From assembly GCA_964016885.1 (NCBI GenBank), contig OZ024740.1, positions 317,440,001 to 317,504,000 of the forward strand: a stretch of 64,000 bases of DNA, read 5' to 3'. Shown piece by piece: positions 13,400-30,594 of this stretch. Positions within the stretch are counted from its first letter, which is position 1. Each line of letters opens with the position of its first letter. The notes beneath the pieces are model-generated. The model made no database searches, had not been told where the DNA came from, and worked only from the letters and a program-made list of their open reading frames with translations. The DNA comes from Eledone cirrhosa. Its lineage: Eukaryota. A program made the translations under genes and the position numbers.

Positions 13400-13560
13400 T
13401 AGAGTAATTCGTGGTAGAGGGATGGTCAGTAGGAATGTGTCTGTACGTGTGTGGGGGATATTTTAACATGTTAAAAGATATTTTTCAGCTCTTGTCTTAT
13501 ACGGAGAAGTGTGTGTATATGTCTCTTTGTATGTTAATTTACGCGTGTGTATGTGTGTGT
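12860..13560 (-). mobile_element. Family B element
   Basis: Homologous to 18985-19830 and 27094-27418; carries a hammerhead-like variant. Confidence 0.7.
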
Positions 13561-13561
13561 G

Positions 13562-13644
<83 letters not shown>

Positions 13645-13649
<5 letters not shown>

Positions 13650-14833
13650 TTCAGTGTGTATAGATATTTATATATATTTATGTATATCTATATAATTTTT
13701 ATTTTTATTTTTTAATTCTTTATTTTTCCAATCACACCCTCTAAAGCTACTTTTTTTAAACGTAGTTTAACCATTAACTGATTTTAGGAAAATGTATCCT
13801 ATTCAAGACGATGTTTAAACATTCATATTTCTTTCGACTAAATAATTAATTAATCTCACACTAACTCTTAAAAAAATGTATCGATTAACAAATGAAATTG
13901 GAGTTATCTTTTCTTTCTCAATCATATAAACTTCTTATACCTAACTCCGTTAATTTAAAACATTCTCAATGCGATCCAAATATATAAATTCATAATTTTA
14001 ATTACCTATTTATTTATTTACATAAAATACAAAATCAACTTCCCTCGTAACTCAAGTTAAGAACAACCACCTGCAACTTGAACTACCTATTTATTTATTT
14101 ATTTATTTATTTATCTACATAAAACACAAAATCAACGTCACTCGTAACTCATATTATAAACAACTAATAATTGCAAATTATCTAATTATTTAATAAAATA
14201 CATATGCTATTATTAAAATATATATAGATATTTATATATTTAACCCACTACAATATTATAACAAGATAAATACTTACAAACATAATTCTCCATATAAATA
14301 TATACATAATATAGGTAAATATTCGAATTTATTTTCCCCAAATTAACCTATATAAGTGGTCTTCTTTTTCCTTTTTCCTTTTCCTTCTTCTTCTTTTTCC
14401 TTTTTCTTTTTTTTTCTTTTTTCTTTCTTTCTCTCTTATTATTATATATCTAAACTTTCCATAGCGTTTAAAATAACGGTTTTTCAATCATATAACTCAA
14501 CCGTATTTACATATTCATTTGCATATCCATCCATAAGTTTAAAAAATCCGTTCTTTAATCTCACTACCCAAGGAAAATTCAACTGATATTGTATGGTTTC
14601 CTTGGGTATGTCAAAATTTATAAAACACTCTTTGTATTTTATCTGATGAAAGCGTACCAAAGTTTTTGGTACCCTTGAAATATATATAATAGAGTAAATA
14701 TGGTTTTATAAATATAGTTTCCATTTATTTAATATCATTGAATATTTACTCCAGAAATTGTCGAGTTCTCGGAATCAGTTATACACATTTATATTTGTTG
14801 AATTTCCAACAAATTAAATGTCCCTTCTACTTA
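13645..14833 (+). mobile_element. Family A element with intact hammerhead (14634-14694)
   Basis: CTGATGA at 14643, GAAA at 14677; flanked by (TA)n. Confidence 0.8.
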
Positions 14834-14901
<68 letters not shown>

Positions 14902-15584
14902 GAGAAGAAAGAAGAATACTGCGTGGTTTGCACATGGGTTACATGTGATAAAAATAGTCCTTCGTCACTGATTTTCCAACCATCATTGGTATTTCATCGC
15001 ATTAAAAATCAGATACCTCAGGTTGGTGCGAGCAATAACTAAAAAAAATTATTGGGACCAGTAATTCGCGTAAAGCGAGGGGGACAAGTAAACAACATAG
15101 AAGGATAAAAACAAACCGAGGATAGGAAAATAAACAAGCAACATGGTTGTCCGGCAGCATAATCTGGGTGGATTTCATGAGCGAGAGAGGTACATACCAT
15201 GTCGATGTGTGTGAGATGTAAGCAAGAAGAGACCCACACAAGCCAAACGGGAGGAAGTGAGAAGGGGAGAAACAGAGAGTGAGTGAGTGGAAGTGTGAGG
15301 AAGAGGTCAGTCGAGAGAAAATGTAACTGACAGAGGGGGCGAAAGAAGGTGAGAGAAACAAAGAGAGCAGGGAAGTATATATATATATATATATATACAC
15401 ATATATATATATATATACAAATATATACATATATATACATATATATATCAAGTAAGTATATTTTGAAACAGTGAGCAGGTTTGAAATTAGAAAATAGAAT
15501 ATCTTTCACCGTATTTTTGACTAAAGGAATTTTAGCCTGATAATGGGGTTAAGAAGCCTCAGATAAATGGAAAAAGATGAGTAT

Positions 15585-15655
15585 TGACGTACATGGGAGT
15601 CGAACCCACATCTTTGGTTATCGCGACCACTGTGCTACCATTACACCAACACATC
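15585..15655 (-). tRNA. tRNA-like sequence (inverted copy)
   Basis: Reverse complement of 15797-15867. Confidence 0.55.
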
Positions 15656-15796
15656 ACCCATCACTTTCCATTCAAAAATACGGTGAAAGCTATTCTCTTT
15701 TCTAATTTCAAACCTGCTCACTGTTTCAAAACATACTTACTTGCCATTTAAACTCGCTAAGAATGTAGCTTCTAATTTGAATGGAAAGAGATGGGT

Positions 15797-15867
15797 GATG
15801 TGTTGGTGTAATGGTAGCACAGTGGTCGCGATAACCAAAGATGTGGGTTCGACTCCCATGTACGTCA
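15797..15867 (+). tRNA. tRNA-like cloverleaf/Pol III promoter, probably not a functional tRNA
   Basis: A box TGGTGTAATGG, B box GGTTCGACTCC; four stems fold; loop cgCGAta lacks U33 and the acceptor stem has several G-U pairs. Confidence 0.55.
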
Positions 15868-16544
15868 ATACTCATCTTTTTCCATTTATCTGAGGGTTCT
15901 AAACCCCATTATCAGGCTAAAATTCCTTTAGTCAAAAATACGGTGAAAGTTATTATATATATATATATATATATAAATTAGCGAGAATCGTATTTCGGCT
16001 ATTGGATATTAGCGAAAAACAACTTCCGAGATGTGTGGCAAGCGCTCCATAGAAGCTAATGAACTAGAGCTACAACATACGTGAAAAAGGCCAAACACAC
16101 TGAGACGATGGTTGAACCATTATCCGCACAGCCATAGAAACGACCAGGTAATTCGGGTCAAACAAATCAAATATGATTGAAAATAATACCCGGACCCCTG
16201 GAAGGTTGGTAATATCCAGCATTTTGGGTTACTGCAACTCCTAAATCAAGTACTGTCGGCTAAGACAAATATTGTTAAGCTTTTGGTAAGTTGATGGATA
16301 AAGGAAGTTACTTTCTCAACAGGCTTTCAGTTCAGTGCCAAGCCAAGGACTGACCATTATCAAAACCCACGTGGGGCTCGACAAGGGGGTGGGTGGGTGA
16401 CAACCCTTAGTTTTGGCGGATGAATTCAGTATGTGTGTTATTGCAAAATTGCAAAAATATCACAAAACGAATTAAGTTCTCAAGAGAATGGTTTTAAAAT
16501 TAACAAGAGCTATTAATCAGTCAATAGAATTAACTTAAAAAAAA

Positions 16545-16733
<189 letters not shown>

Positions 16734-16794
16734 TATATATATATGTATATATATATGTATATATATATATATTGTTATACTTGGGGAGGGTCAT

Positions 16795-18482
16795 ATTTGT
16801 GTAATATTGCCAGAATTAATAACAGAACACACTCACTGTTTGGTTGGTTTTCGCTTCTCGCTGTCTTTTATATCGGTAATCTAACTTACTCGGTCCTCAA
16901 TGTTGCCATTGACTGACCGACGGTCAAAAATAATACAGATACAATATAGACACAAACACATATATATAGTTTATCATAAATCTTTCGTTGCACATCTGCA
17001 ACATCGTCAGTGGTGTTATATTTTCCTCCTGTTGTGTTGTATGTCTACGCCATTTTTATTCAGTCTGTCTATATATTTATTTATTTATTTGCTTGTTTGT
17101 TTATTTTATTTCGTCTTCTTTGCGCATGCGTTTGCGTGTGTGTATAGTGTTATGTTTGCTGTGTGATGGGTGACTAGTGTGTGTTTATGTGCTTGTTATT
17201 GTGCTTGTGTATGTATTTATTTATTTATTTATCTTATTTTATTTACTTATTTATACTTCTCTTAGGTCAGTGTTGTTTGTTTGGGTGTTGTTGTTATTCC
17301 ATTCATTCTTTCTGTTTAGCTTTGGTCTTTTAATTTCTATTTCACTGGCCTCTCTGATTTGCCTATCTGCTGGGTCATTTCTATGTTTAGATATTATTCT
17401 AATTTCTATGTTGTCTATGTTACTGTCATGTTGTTGTCTAGCATGTTCGTATAGTACTGACCCGTTTTTTCGTCCTTTTAGTTCCCCCCAGTGTTGGTCT
17501 ATCCTTTCACCTATGCTACGAGTTGTCTCACCTATGTATGTTGTTGTCATGTTTCTGCAAGTACCCTCTGTACATCTTATGTTATAGACTACGTTTCTAG
17601 TTTTACAGTTTATCCGGGGGTTCACCTTACATATGATACATTTCCTATTGGTACAGTGGGTTTTCTTAAAAGGGTAGGTTTTGCTGATCAGGGATTTTAT
17701 GGTGGTTCCTGGCTTTTCTACCACCTTTATTTTTAAGTGGGTCTTTCTCAGGGCCTTTCTACACTGGTTAGCTAATTTCCCTCCAGGGGTGGCGTCCACA
17801 AACAGAACACTCTGGTATCTCTCGTTGTCGTACCATGAGGTGGCTTTCCCTATCTTATGTCTAGCCCTATCTAAGCTATTCCATGATTTGCTCCTGTATA
17901 ATGGGCAAATTCCTTTCATGTCCAGTTCTATGAGGGTCTTATACTTTTCCATGGCTCCTTCGTATACTCTGGCTCTGTCTCTTTGGTTGTAGCCAGAGAA
18001 CTGCATGCGGTTGATGAAGTGTTGGATGTGTCTTTCCATTTCTGTTGGGTCGCATATGCGGGACACATTCTTCATCACTCGTACCAAATCTGCGATCAGA
18101 ATATTAAACTTAGCACTACTGGACATTGCTGAGTTTTTGAGTATCAGGTATTTGGAGGCCATGGGTTTAGCATAGTGTGAGTGGAGAATTTGGGCTCTCT
18201 CGTCTATAGTGTTAATCCAGAGTTCTGTGTCTAATACAGGTAGTCTATTGTTAGGGTGTTTGGAAGGGAAGTCGATAATTACAGTTATACTCTGGTGTAT
18301 GGAATTAGCTATCTGCTGGATGCTTTCCATCGTGCTACGTTCTAAATCAAACTTGTTAGTGCTCTCTAGTGGGGGTGTTCTTATAACTATATTGATATCG
18401 TCTACATAACGAGAGTACATGATGAGATCTATGGAGCTTTCATATTTTGACACACGATTTCATATAAAAAACCTCGCAAAAC
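16795..18482 (-). mobile_element. 5'-truncated Penelope-like element in (TA)n
   Basis: RT C-terminus plus GIY-YIG ORF; probable hammerhead at about 16950-17017 (CTGACGA-tgttgca/tgcaac-GAAA). Confidence 0.85.
17251..18453 (-). CDS. PLE RT (partial) plus GIY-YIG endonuclease, 400 aa
   Basis: [20 protein letters not shown] linker, NVVYNIRC...[20 protein letters not shown]...P.LN. Confidence 0.9.
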   Translation of the reverse strand: MSKYESSIDLIMYSRYVDDINIVIRTPPLESTNKFDLERSTMESIQQIANSIHQSITVIIDFPSKHPNNRLPVLDTELWINTIDERAQILHSHYAKPMASKYLILKNSAMSSSAKFNILIADLVRVMKNVSRICDPTEMERHIQHFINRMQFSGYNQRDRARVYEGAMEKYKTLIELDMKGICPLYRSKSWNSLDRARHKIGKATSWYDNERYQSVLFVDATPGGKLANQCRKALRKTHLKIKVVEKPGTTIKSLISKTYPFKKTHCTNRKCIICKVNPRINCKTRNVVYNIRCTEGTCRNMTTTYIGETTRSIGERIDQHWGELKGRKNGSVLYEHARQQHDSNIDNIEIRIISKHRNDPADRQIREASEIEIKRPKLNRKNEWNNNNTQTNNTDLREV

Positions 18483-18723
<241 letters not shown>

Positions 18724-18790
18724 ATATATATATATATATGTATGTATATATACATATATATATATCTATGTATATATACATATATATATG

Positions 18791-18842
<52 letters not shown>

Positions 18843-18844
18843 TG

Positions 18845-19830
<986 letters not shown>

Positions 19831-20167
19831 GTGTGTGTGGGGGTGGACCAGTATTTTTTTTTTTTCTCCTGGTAAAATGGTGTACATTATTCGATTTTTT
19901 CAGTAAAATCGGTTCTCTTAATAGAACATTAAAAATCTTAACAATAAAAGGTGTGAAATGATATTCACTATATATATATACACACATACATACATTCACT
20001 ACTTATATATATATATATACATATATACATACATATATATGCACATATATTTTTTTGTATTGCACCATAGAGCATGTGTGTTTACGTGTGTCATTGTGTT
20101 TATATGTGGGTAGAGATGTGTGCTGATGTAGGTATGTATGTTGACGTGTGTATGTTGTGGGTTCGTC

Positions 20168-22493
20168 TTAGGGAGAAGTGTTTAGACGGGGTCCGTATTT
20201 GTTAATGAAGTAAGATTCCTTGCTGATGCGCTGGGTGTGGGTGGCATTATCTTTAAATTTGTAGAGGGGAAAGATTCTGAAGTTGGGATGATTTGGGGCG
20301 GCACAGGTATCAATGTGTTCACTCAGTGGTATTTTCCTGTATTCCCGTATTTTAATTTGGGATCTATGGACAGTCATGCGTTGGCGGAGGCTGTTTTTGG
20401 TCTGGCCTATGTATTGTTCTCGACAACCTGAACAAGTTAATACATATATTAGATTTTCCGATGCACATGTGAAATTGTGTTTTACTATAAAACGTTGTCC
20501 ATCTTTGAAATAGAATTCCGAACCCTCTATTAGGTTGATGCAAATGCCACAGTTGGGTCTATCGCATTTTTTTTACTGTGGGTTTCGTTCTTGTGGTTGG
20601 CAGTACTTTGGCATGTGTTAAGATGTTTTTCATTGACTTGGATTGTCTTTTGCTCTTTATGATATCGTGTGTTCGTAGAATTTGGTTCATTCTATGGTCC
20701 TTTTTCAATACAGGGATGTTCTGGAGGATGGTGTCAAAGGCCTCATTGTTGAGGGGGTTGTGTGTGGAGATGTATGGAAGAGCTTTTAGTTTTGGTTGAT
20801 TTACTTTAGGGTGTCTAAGGTCCTGGGTACTGAGTTTTAGGGCACGTTGGATTCCATTGTCAATTAGTGATGCAGGGTAGTCCCTGCCTATGAGTGTGTC
20901 CTTTAGTTCTTGTAGCCGTAAGTAGCAGATGTTTTTATTGGAGACTATAGTACAGATTCTCTTGGCTAAGTTGTAGGGAATATTAATTTTAACGTGTCTA
21001 GGGTGGCAAGAGTTGAAGGGGAGGTATTGCTTGGAGTCTGTGGGCTTGTAGTATATGTCTGTTTCTATTTTTTTGTTATGGATCTTAATGAGGATGTCGA
21101 GGAAGGGGAGTTGTTGATGGGTGTATTCCATCGTGGAGTTAATATTTGTGTTGAGCCCATTTATAAGGGTGTGAAATTCTTTAAGTTTTTCGATGTTTTC
21201 GTGCCAAAGGATGAAGCAGTCATCTAGATATCGCTTCCAGTTCCTTTCAATGTGTAAGTGGAGGGTGTTTCCAAATTTGTTTAGGACTTTAGTGTAGAGG
21301 GTGATTTCCAGGTATCCCATGACTAGGTTGGCATAAGTAGGGGCTGTTTTCGTTCCCATAGCGGTCCCAGATTTCTGCCTGTAGGGTTTGTTATTGAAAA
21401 CGAAGTAATTGTTCTCCAAGATAAATTTGAGTCCCTCTATCACGAATTCTTTTTTGATGCGTTGTGGGAATTCATTGTGGAAATTATCCAGCCAGAATTG
21501 GATAGCTTCTATTCCTAGGTTGTGGGGGATGTTGGAGTATAGGTTGACTACATCGAACGTCACTAGTAGGGTTTGTTCAGAAAGTGGCATATTAGGGAGG
21601 TGATTGAGCATATCTAGGTCGTCCCTTATATAGCTTTTGATGTGCTTGAGGAAGGGTTTGAGAAGGGTATCAATGAAGTTGCTAAGACGGTGCGTTTCGC
21701 AAGCGGGGCCTGCTATTATAGGTCTTAATTTGAGATCATTGGGTGAGGGGACATTGATGACTATGTCTGTGGCTTCCTTGCATGCCTTACTGATTGATTC
21801 GCTTTTATCTACTTTAGGGATACCGTAGAAAAGGCTGGATTTACTTGTGAAGTCTGTGATGAAGCTGAATTCCTTGTTAGTGAGTCCTTCTTTGTATTGG
21901 TTGATTAGAGTTTTTAGGTTTCTCATAATTTTCTGTTGATTGTAGTGTTCAGCCTTTTCGTAGTATGTTTCGTTTTCCAAAGTGGAGAGCGCTAAGTTGA
22001 TATAGAATTCTGTCTCCATTAGGACTACTGTACTCCCTTTATCAGCCTCTTTAATTGTAATGGTTCTGTCGGTTTTTAATCTATTTAATTCTTCCCATTC
22101 TTTCTTGTTGAGGTTTGGCTTGTGTTTTTGTCTGTGCAAGTGTTGGTAAGGGAAGTTTGTGATGTGTTCACAGAATTCGTCCAGGATTTTATTTCTACCT
22201 TTTGAAGGGGTGTAATTGCTTCTATTTCTGGCTAATGATTCATCCTCATTGTACTGGTCCAATAGTTGTTCACTAAGTCGTAACTTTCTACAGAAGTCTG
22301 TGATGTCTTCCTTCATTTCATAGTAGTTAGGACGTAGTGGGGTCGGTGTGAATTTAAGACCTTTGGAGAGTAAGTTGATAAGGTTGGGTGTTGGTTCTGC
22401 ACTAGTAAGATTGATAATTTTTATTACTCTCGGTTTCTCCTCCCTGTCTTGTGTTATTTTGTTTGCCTGTATCTGTGTGCTGTGTCTAAAAAA
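20168..22493 (-). CDS. PLE pol: RT plus GIY-YIG, with one extra base in a homopolymer at 20567-20574
   Basis: IINLTS...[32 protein letters not shown]; after the shift [17 protein letters not shown]...YIGQT. Confidence 0.92.
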
Positions 22494-23767
22494 TGGTTGG
22501 GGTAGAGGGGTTGTCTGCTGATGTTAAGTGGTCTCCTGTGTTTGTTATATTCCTTGTTGTTGTAAAATGTGGTTCGGGTTGGTGGTTGTAGATTGAATGG
22601 GGTGTTCCTGTACTGCGAGTATGGGTGTGTGTTTCTATGTGCCATGTTGTATTGTGGTGTTATAAGTGGCCTACGTTGTTGGTTGTATCGTGTGGTGTGG
22701 GTTTGTTGTGTATTGTGGAAGTGAGAGTTGAGAAAATGGTAATTACCTTGCTGTCCCCTTGAAGCGGGGAAGTTGTTGCATCTATCATGGCGGTGGTATC
22801 TTTTCCCTATGTTTGACGATAAGGAATCCGCGTAGTAGTTGAGTGATTTGGTATGGTGTCTCTTTGAAGGGGGAAAGTTGTAAATGTCATTCTGGGGGAG
22901 ATGATTTCTTGGGTTTTTGTTCCTTCTTATGGTAGTGATGTTGGGAAGTTCATCTTCGGTGTGGTGCTTCCTTCTTCGTTTGTTTGAGGCTTGGGGGTTT
23001 GAGAAGTTGTTGTGCGGTTCAGTTATGGGTTTTCCTATTTTTATGAACGGGTTATTGGAGGTGTAATCCGTTTGAAAAGTCGATTCATAGTGTTGGAACC
23101 AAGCGGCACTTTTTTCCCAGCGTTGAAGGGATTTCAGTTCTTCTCTGTTGCAGTCCCCTTTCCATAATTTGGAGATCTTCTCTACCTTGGGGCCTTCAGT
23201 TTTGTTGTTGATTTCCAGGAGGATCTCTTCATCGATGGTTTTGATTTTTTCCTCATTTGTCTGGGCCCTCAGTTTAAGAAGTTCAATTTCTGTCTTCATT
23301 TTTTCCAATGCCATTCTTTCCCTAAGGTGTCTTTGAGGTTCGGGTTCATTTGGAATGGACTTTATTTGTAGTTTACGGGGGAGAGTTAGAGGGGTTGAGT
23401 TAAGCCATTTTTCATATATCTCTGCTTTGTTGTGATTTTGTATCATCTTCGAGAATGAGAACTTTCTGTCTCTGAGGGATTTGTTCCATTTTGGAATTGT
23501 TCGAATTTTCATTTTGTGTGAATCAATCTCACATGGTTCTTCGTTGGTTTTTCCTGGGTTGGTAGTAGTGAACATAGTTTGGATAGTATCGCAAAGGTTT
23601 TGGAGTTTGTCGCCGATTTCGGAGGGTTTGTATCCGGTGGCGGTTTCCTTATTTGTGGAGTCAAGAAGTTTGTCGACCAGCAAAGATAGGTTGGTGTTGA
23701 TTTTCTTGAGTTCCTGTAGGATCTCTTCATTTGAGTTGATGAGGGTTGTATCCGTTTTTGTTGGCAT
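22454..23767 (-). CDS. Upstream ORF1 of the PLE, predicted coiled-coil with basic disordered tail, 437 aa
   Basis: Uninterrupted non-repetitive ORF overlapping the RT frame; heptad-like [14 protein letters not shown] and [16 protein letters not shown]. Confidence 0.75.
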   Translation of the reverse strand: MPTKTDTTLINSNEEILQELKKINTNLSLLVDKLLDSTNKETATGYKPSEIGDKLQNLCDTIQTMFTTTNPGKTNEEPCEIDSHKMKIRTIPKWNKSLRDRKFSFSKMIQNHNKAEIYEKWLNSTPLTLPRKLQIKSIPNEPEPQRHLRERMALEKMKTEIELLKLRAQTNEEKIKTIDEEILLEINNKTEGPKVEKISKLWKGDCNREELKSLQRWEKSAAWFQHYESTFQTDYTSNNPFIKIGKPITEPHNNFSNPQASNKRRRKHHTEDELPNITTIRRNKNPRNHLPQNDIYNFPPSKRHHTKSLNYYADSLSSNIGKRYHRHDRCNNFPASRGQQGNYHFLNSHFHNTQQTHTTRYNQQRRPLITPQYNMAHRNTHPYSQYRNTPFNLQPPTRTTFYNNKEYNKHRRPLNISRQPLYPNHFLDTAHRYRQTK

Positions 23768-23819
23768 TTTCTGTATCTCGTGTGAGGATATGATAGTTAA
23801 AAGAATAGAGGTGTAATGT

Positions 23820-23953
<134 letters not shown>

Positions 23954-23984
23954 TTGTAGATATATATATGTAGATATATATGTT

Positions 23985-24266
23985 TTTTTTAGTTAATTCT
24001 ATTGACTGATTAATAGCTCTTGTTAATTTTAAAACCACTCTGTTGAGAACTTAATTCGTTTTGTGATATTTTGCAATTTTTCAATAACACACATACTGAA
24101 TTCATCCGCCAAAACTAAGGGTTGCCCCCCTTGTCGAGCCCCACGTTGGTTTTGATAACGGACCGTCCTTGGCTTGGCACTGAACTGAAAGCCTGTTGAG
24201 TAAGTAACTTCCTTGTTCGATCATCTTACCAAAAGCTTAACATTATTTGTCTAAGCAGACAGTACT

Positions 24267-24270
<4 letters not shown>
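23985..24270 (-). repeat. Inverted copy of about 16244-16545 (family E)
   Basis: Roughly 90% reverse-complement match by eye. Confidence 0.75.
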
Positions 24271-24342
<72 letters not shown>

Positions 24343-24361
24343 GTATATATATATGTATATA

Positions 24362-24416
<55 letters not shown>

Positions 24417-24447
24417 ATAATAATAAATTTGAAGACTAGTTTCTTAT

Positions 24448-24531
<84 letters not shown>

Positions 24532-24693
24532 ATAATAATAAATTTGAAGACTATAGTATCGTCTCCCTGTCTTCCTCCGGTTGCAACGTTTTTTGAAATA
24601 TCCACTTCTGCGTTTACAGATTGACTTTGTTAGTCTCAGAAGATCCCGTTAAGGGTGAAAGCAGCGATTCTTTGCTTAAACTCTAATCTGTTA

Positions 24694-24739
<46 letters not shown>

Positions 24740-24745
<6 letters not shown>

Positions 24746-25144
24746 GACATTTTGCTGAAAGGTGAAAGTACTACAAATATTAGAGATATTATGATTCAGA
24801 GATATTAATATATTAAAAATATAAATTGTTAAAAAAGATATGATCATTTCGAAAGCACATGCGCGCCGAAACATGACTTCATCAAAATCTGTAAATCGTG
24901 TATTGAAGAAATTTTTCATATAATTAACTGTCAAAACTCTATTAATCTCAGAACAGAATTATTTTATTTTTGCAGCCATCGCCAAAATTCTACATTCAGA
25001 ACTATGTGTAACATAATATTCCTATAAATCTTCAAAATGATCCTATCTTTTTTAACAATTTATATTTTTAATATATTAATATCTCTAAATCATAATATCT
25101 CTAATATTTGTAGTACTCTCACCTTTCAGCAAAATGTCTTATAA
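24740..25144. mobile_element. Family C foldback, inverted relative to 12441-12848
   Basis: Same arms, spacer and inversion junction. Confidence 0.8.
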
Positions 25145-25154
25145 TATATATATG

Positions 25155-25245
<91 letters not shown>

Positions 25246-25252
<7 letters not shown>

Positions 25253-25514
25253 CGTATTTAAGAAAGCCACAACAATGCAAAGGGAAATCTCGAGGTAGGA
25301 AGTGAAATATAGATAGGAAAAACAGGTGAAAGTGAAAATTGAGAGAGACAAAGATGAAAACAAAACAAAGGTAGAAGGGTTACCGTAGTAGAGATTTAAT
25401 CCCAATATTTCGGGCTCACGCCCATCATCGAGATTTCCCTTTGCATTGTTGTGGCTTTCTTAAATACGTATTTTTACACATTTCACAATGCTTCAAGCAA
25501 ACTTTAACACCCTC
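25246..25514. mobile_element. Short foldback related to 650-933
   Basis: Arms at about 25246-25293 and 25428-25475; shared terminus cacaatgcttcaagcaaactt. Confidence 0.7.
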
Positions 25515-25527
25515 ATATATATTTATA

Positions 25528-25656
<129 letters not shown>

Positions 25657-25674
25657 TTATTTATATATATATGT

Positions 25675-26875
25675 GTGTATAGATATTTTTATATATTTAT
25701 GTATATCTATATAATTTTAATTTTAATTTTTTAATTTTTTAATTTTTTAATTTTTTAATTCTTTTTTTTTCCAATCACACCCTCTAAAGGTACTTTTTTT
25801 AAACGTAGTTTAACCATTAACTGATTTTAGGAAAATGTATCCTATTCAAGACGATGTTTAAACATTCATATTTCTTTCGACTAAATAATTAATTAATCTC
25901 ACACTGACTCTTTAAAATATTTATGGATTAACAAATGAAATTGGAGTTATCTTTTCTTTCTCAATTATATAAACTTATTATACCTAACTCCGTTAATTTA
26001 AAACATTCTCAATGCGATCCAAATATATAAATTCATAATTTTAATTACCTATTTATTTATTTACATAAAATACAAAATCAACTTCCCTCGTAACTCAAGT
26101 TAAGAACAACCACCTGCAACTTGAACTACCTACTTATTTATTTATTTATTTATTTATCTACATAAAACACAAAATCAACGTCACTCGTAACTCATATTAT
26201 AAACAACTAATAATTGCAAAATATCTTTTTAATAAAATACATATGCTATTATTAAAATATATATAGATATTTATATATTTAACCCACTACAATATTATAA
26301 TAAGATAAATACTTACAAACATAATTCTCCATATAAATATATACATAATATAGGTAAATATTCGAATTTATTTCCCCCAAATTAACGTATATAAGTGGTC
26401 TTCTTTTTCCTTTTTCCTTTTCCTTCTTCTTCTTCTTTTTCCTTTTTCTTTTTTCTTTCTTTTTTCTTTCTTTCTCTCTTATTGTTATATATCTAAACTT
26501 TCCATAGCGTTTAAAATAACGGTTTTTCAATCATATAACTCAACCTTATTTACATACTCATTTGCATATCCATCCATAAGTTTGAAAAATCCGTTCTTTA
26601 ATCTCACTACCCAAGGAAAATTCAATTGATAAGGTATGGTTTCCTTGGGTATGTCAACATTTATAAAACACTCTTTGTATTTTATCTGATGAAAGCGTAC
26701 CAAAGTTTTTGGTACCCTTGAAATATATATAATAGAATAAATATGGTTATATAAATATAGTTTCCATTAATTTAAAATATCATTAAATATTTACTCCATA
26801 AAACTGTCGAGTGCCCTTAATCAGTTATAAACATTTATAATTGTTGAATTTCCAACAAATTAAATATCCCTTCTA

Positions 26876-26878
<3 letters not shown>
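25675..26878 (+). mobile_element. Family A element with intact hammerhead (26678-26738)
   Basis: Near-identical to 13645-14833; CTGATGA at 26686, GAAA at 26720. Confidence 0.8.
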
Positions 26879-26948
<70 letters not shown>

Positions 26949-26958
26949 ATGTATGTAT

Positions 26959-27418
<460 letters not shown>

Positions 27419-27484
27419 TATAATAACTTGTGTGTTACACCTCTATTCTTTTAACTATATATATATATATATACATACATATAC

Positions 27485-27527
<43 letters not shown>

Positions 27528-27558
27528 CATAAATATATATATATATACATACATACAC

Positions 27559-28050
<492 letters not shown>

Positions 28051-28101
28051 AATATAAAATTACTGATAAATATCACTATCCTCATTTTACTCGTGACATA
28101 T

Positions 28102-28155
<54 letters not shown>

Positions 28156-28261
28156 TTCTTGTCCCTTCGTGTCTTAAGATAACTTGTAAACAAGCTATAT
28201 TATAATATATATATATTAAAATATAAATATTAATAAAATAGATGTTCTTTTGATCAATTAC

Positions 28262-28315
28262 ATTTTATTATACATATTTCGGATGTACAACAGTACGTCC
28301 TCATCAGACAAAATA
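28262..28315 (-). ncRNA. Type I hammerhead ribozyme
   Basis: Minus strand: attttgt-CTGATGA-ggacgtac/gtacatcc-GAAA-tatgta-TA-ataaaat. Confidence 0.82.
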
Positions 28316-28362
28316 TAATGATACATGACATACCCTGAGATGTTAAATGGTTAATCAAGGTA

Positions 28363-29896
<1,534 letters not shown>

Positions 29897-30140
29897 TTAA
29901 CATACTTGGTGTATATCGTATAATCACGACGTGTCCAATATATATATGTTTGTAATATAATTGACTACGAAAGAGAGATAAACACAGATATGTACATATG
30001 TGTGTTCGAATCGTAAGGCTGCTATTTTTAGTAGTATACGTTTATGAGACACGCTAGGTTCTGATCCCATGTGCATTATTTTATATACGCACACTATTCA
30101 GTCTTCTGAGATACTTAGAAGTGAAAGGTTTACTAATTTT

Positions 30141-30219
30141 ACACCCACTGATGAGCAAAGAATTGCTAATTCCCTTCGCTAAAATTGTGAAACAGCCATA
30201 CCAAAAGCTGTCTGGGTGT
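30141..30219 (+). ncRNA. Type I hammerhead ribozyme
   Basis: acaccca-CTGATGA(30148)-gcaa/ttgt-GAAA(30189)-cagc/gctg-TC-tgggtgt (7-bp stem I). Confidence 0.88.
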
Positions 30220-30594
30220 CTGGCAGTTGCCCCAATATCGGTTTTTATTTCTTTTCTTGATTTATTATTTTAAATTGAGTCTGGCAAAACCTATTGTTCA
30301 TAGTTAGTATTTTTTTCACCCTAGCGAATCTGGTTCCTTACGTATATATCTGTGTTTATCACTCTTTTATATTCAATTATATTACACGGCTCGGAAAAAT
30401 CTCTTTCTTTGAGCTATTTAATTGTAAGAGACTATTTTGAGTTTCTAACTCAATATATACCTTTAATATATATGTTTGTATGCATTTACATCTCATTGAT
30501 GTATTCCAAAAATGGAGTTATTGTATCATTTAGAGTTTTATTTATACTCTTAAGGGGATATTGAATTTTAGGACAGTGGTGTTTATTAGGTCTT

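Larger units (their letters stand above)
15449..15949. mobile_element. Foldback element built from a 260-bp unit containing a tRNA-like sequence
   Basis: Left arm on minus, right arm on plus; aaaaatacggtgaaag repeated at 15674 and 15934. Confidence 0.75.

Noticed and set aside
15531-15575. CTGATAA-hairpin-GATA hammerhead-like string in the tRNA element
   Set aside because: Core mismatches and no stem I or stem III
15797-15867. Functional tRNA-Ser(CGA) gene
   Set aside because: No long variable arm, G at position 33 and repeat context
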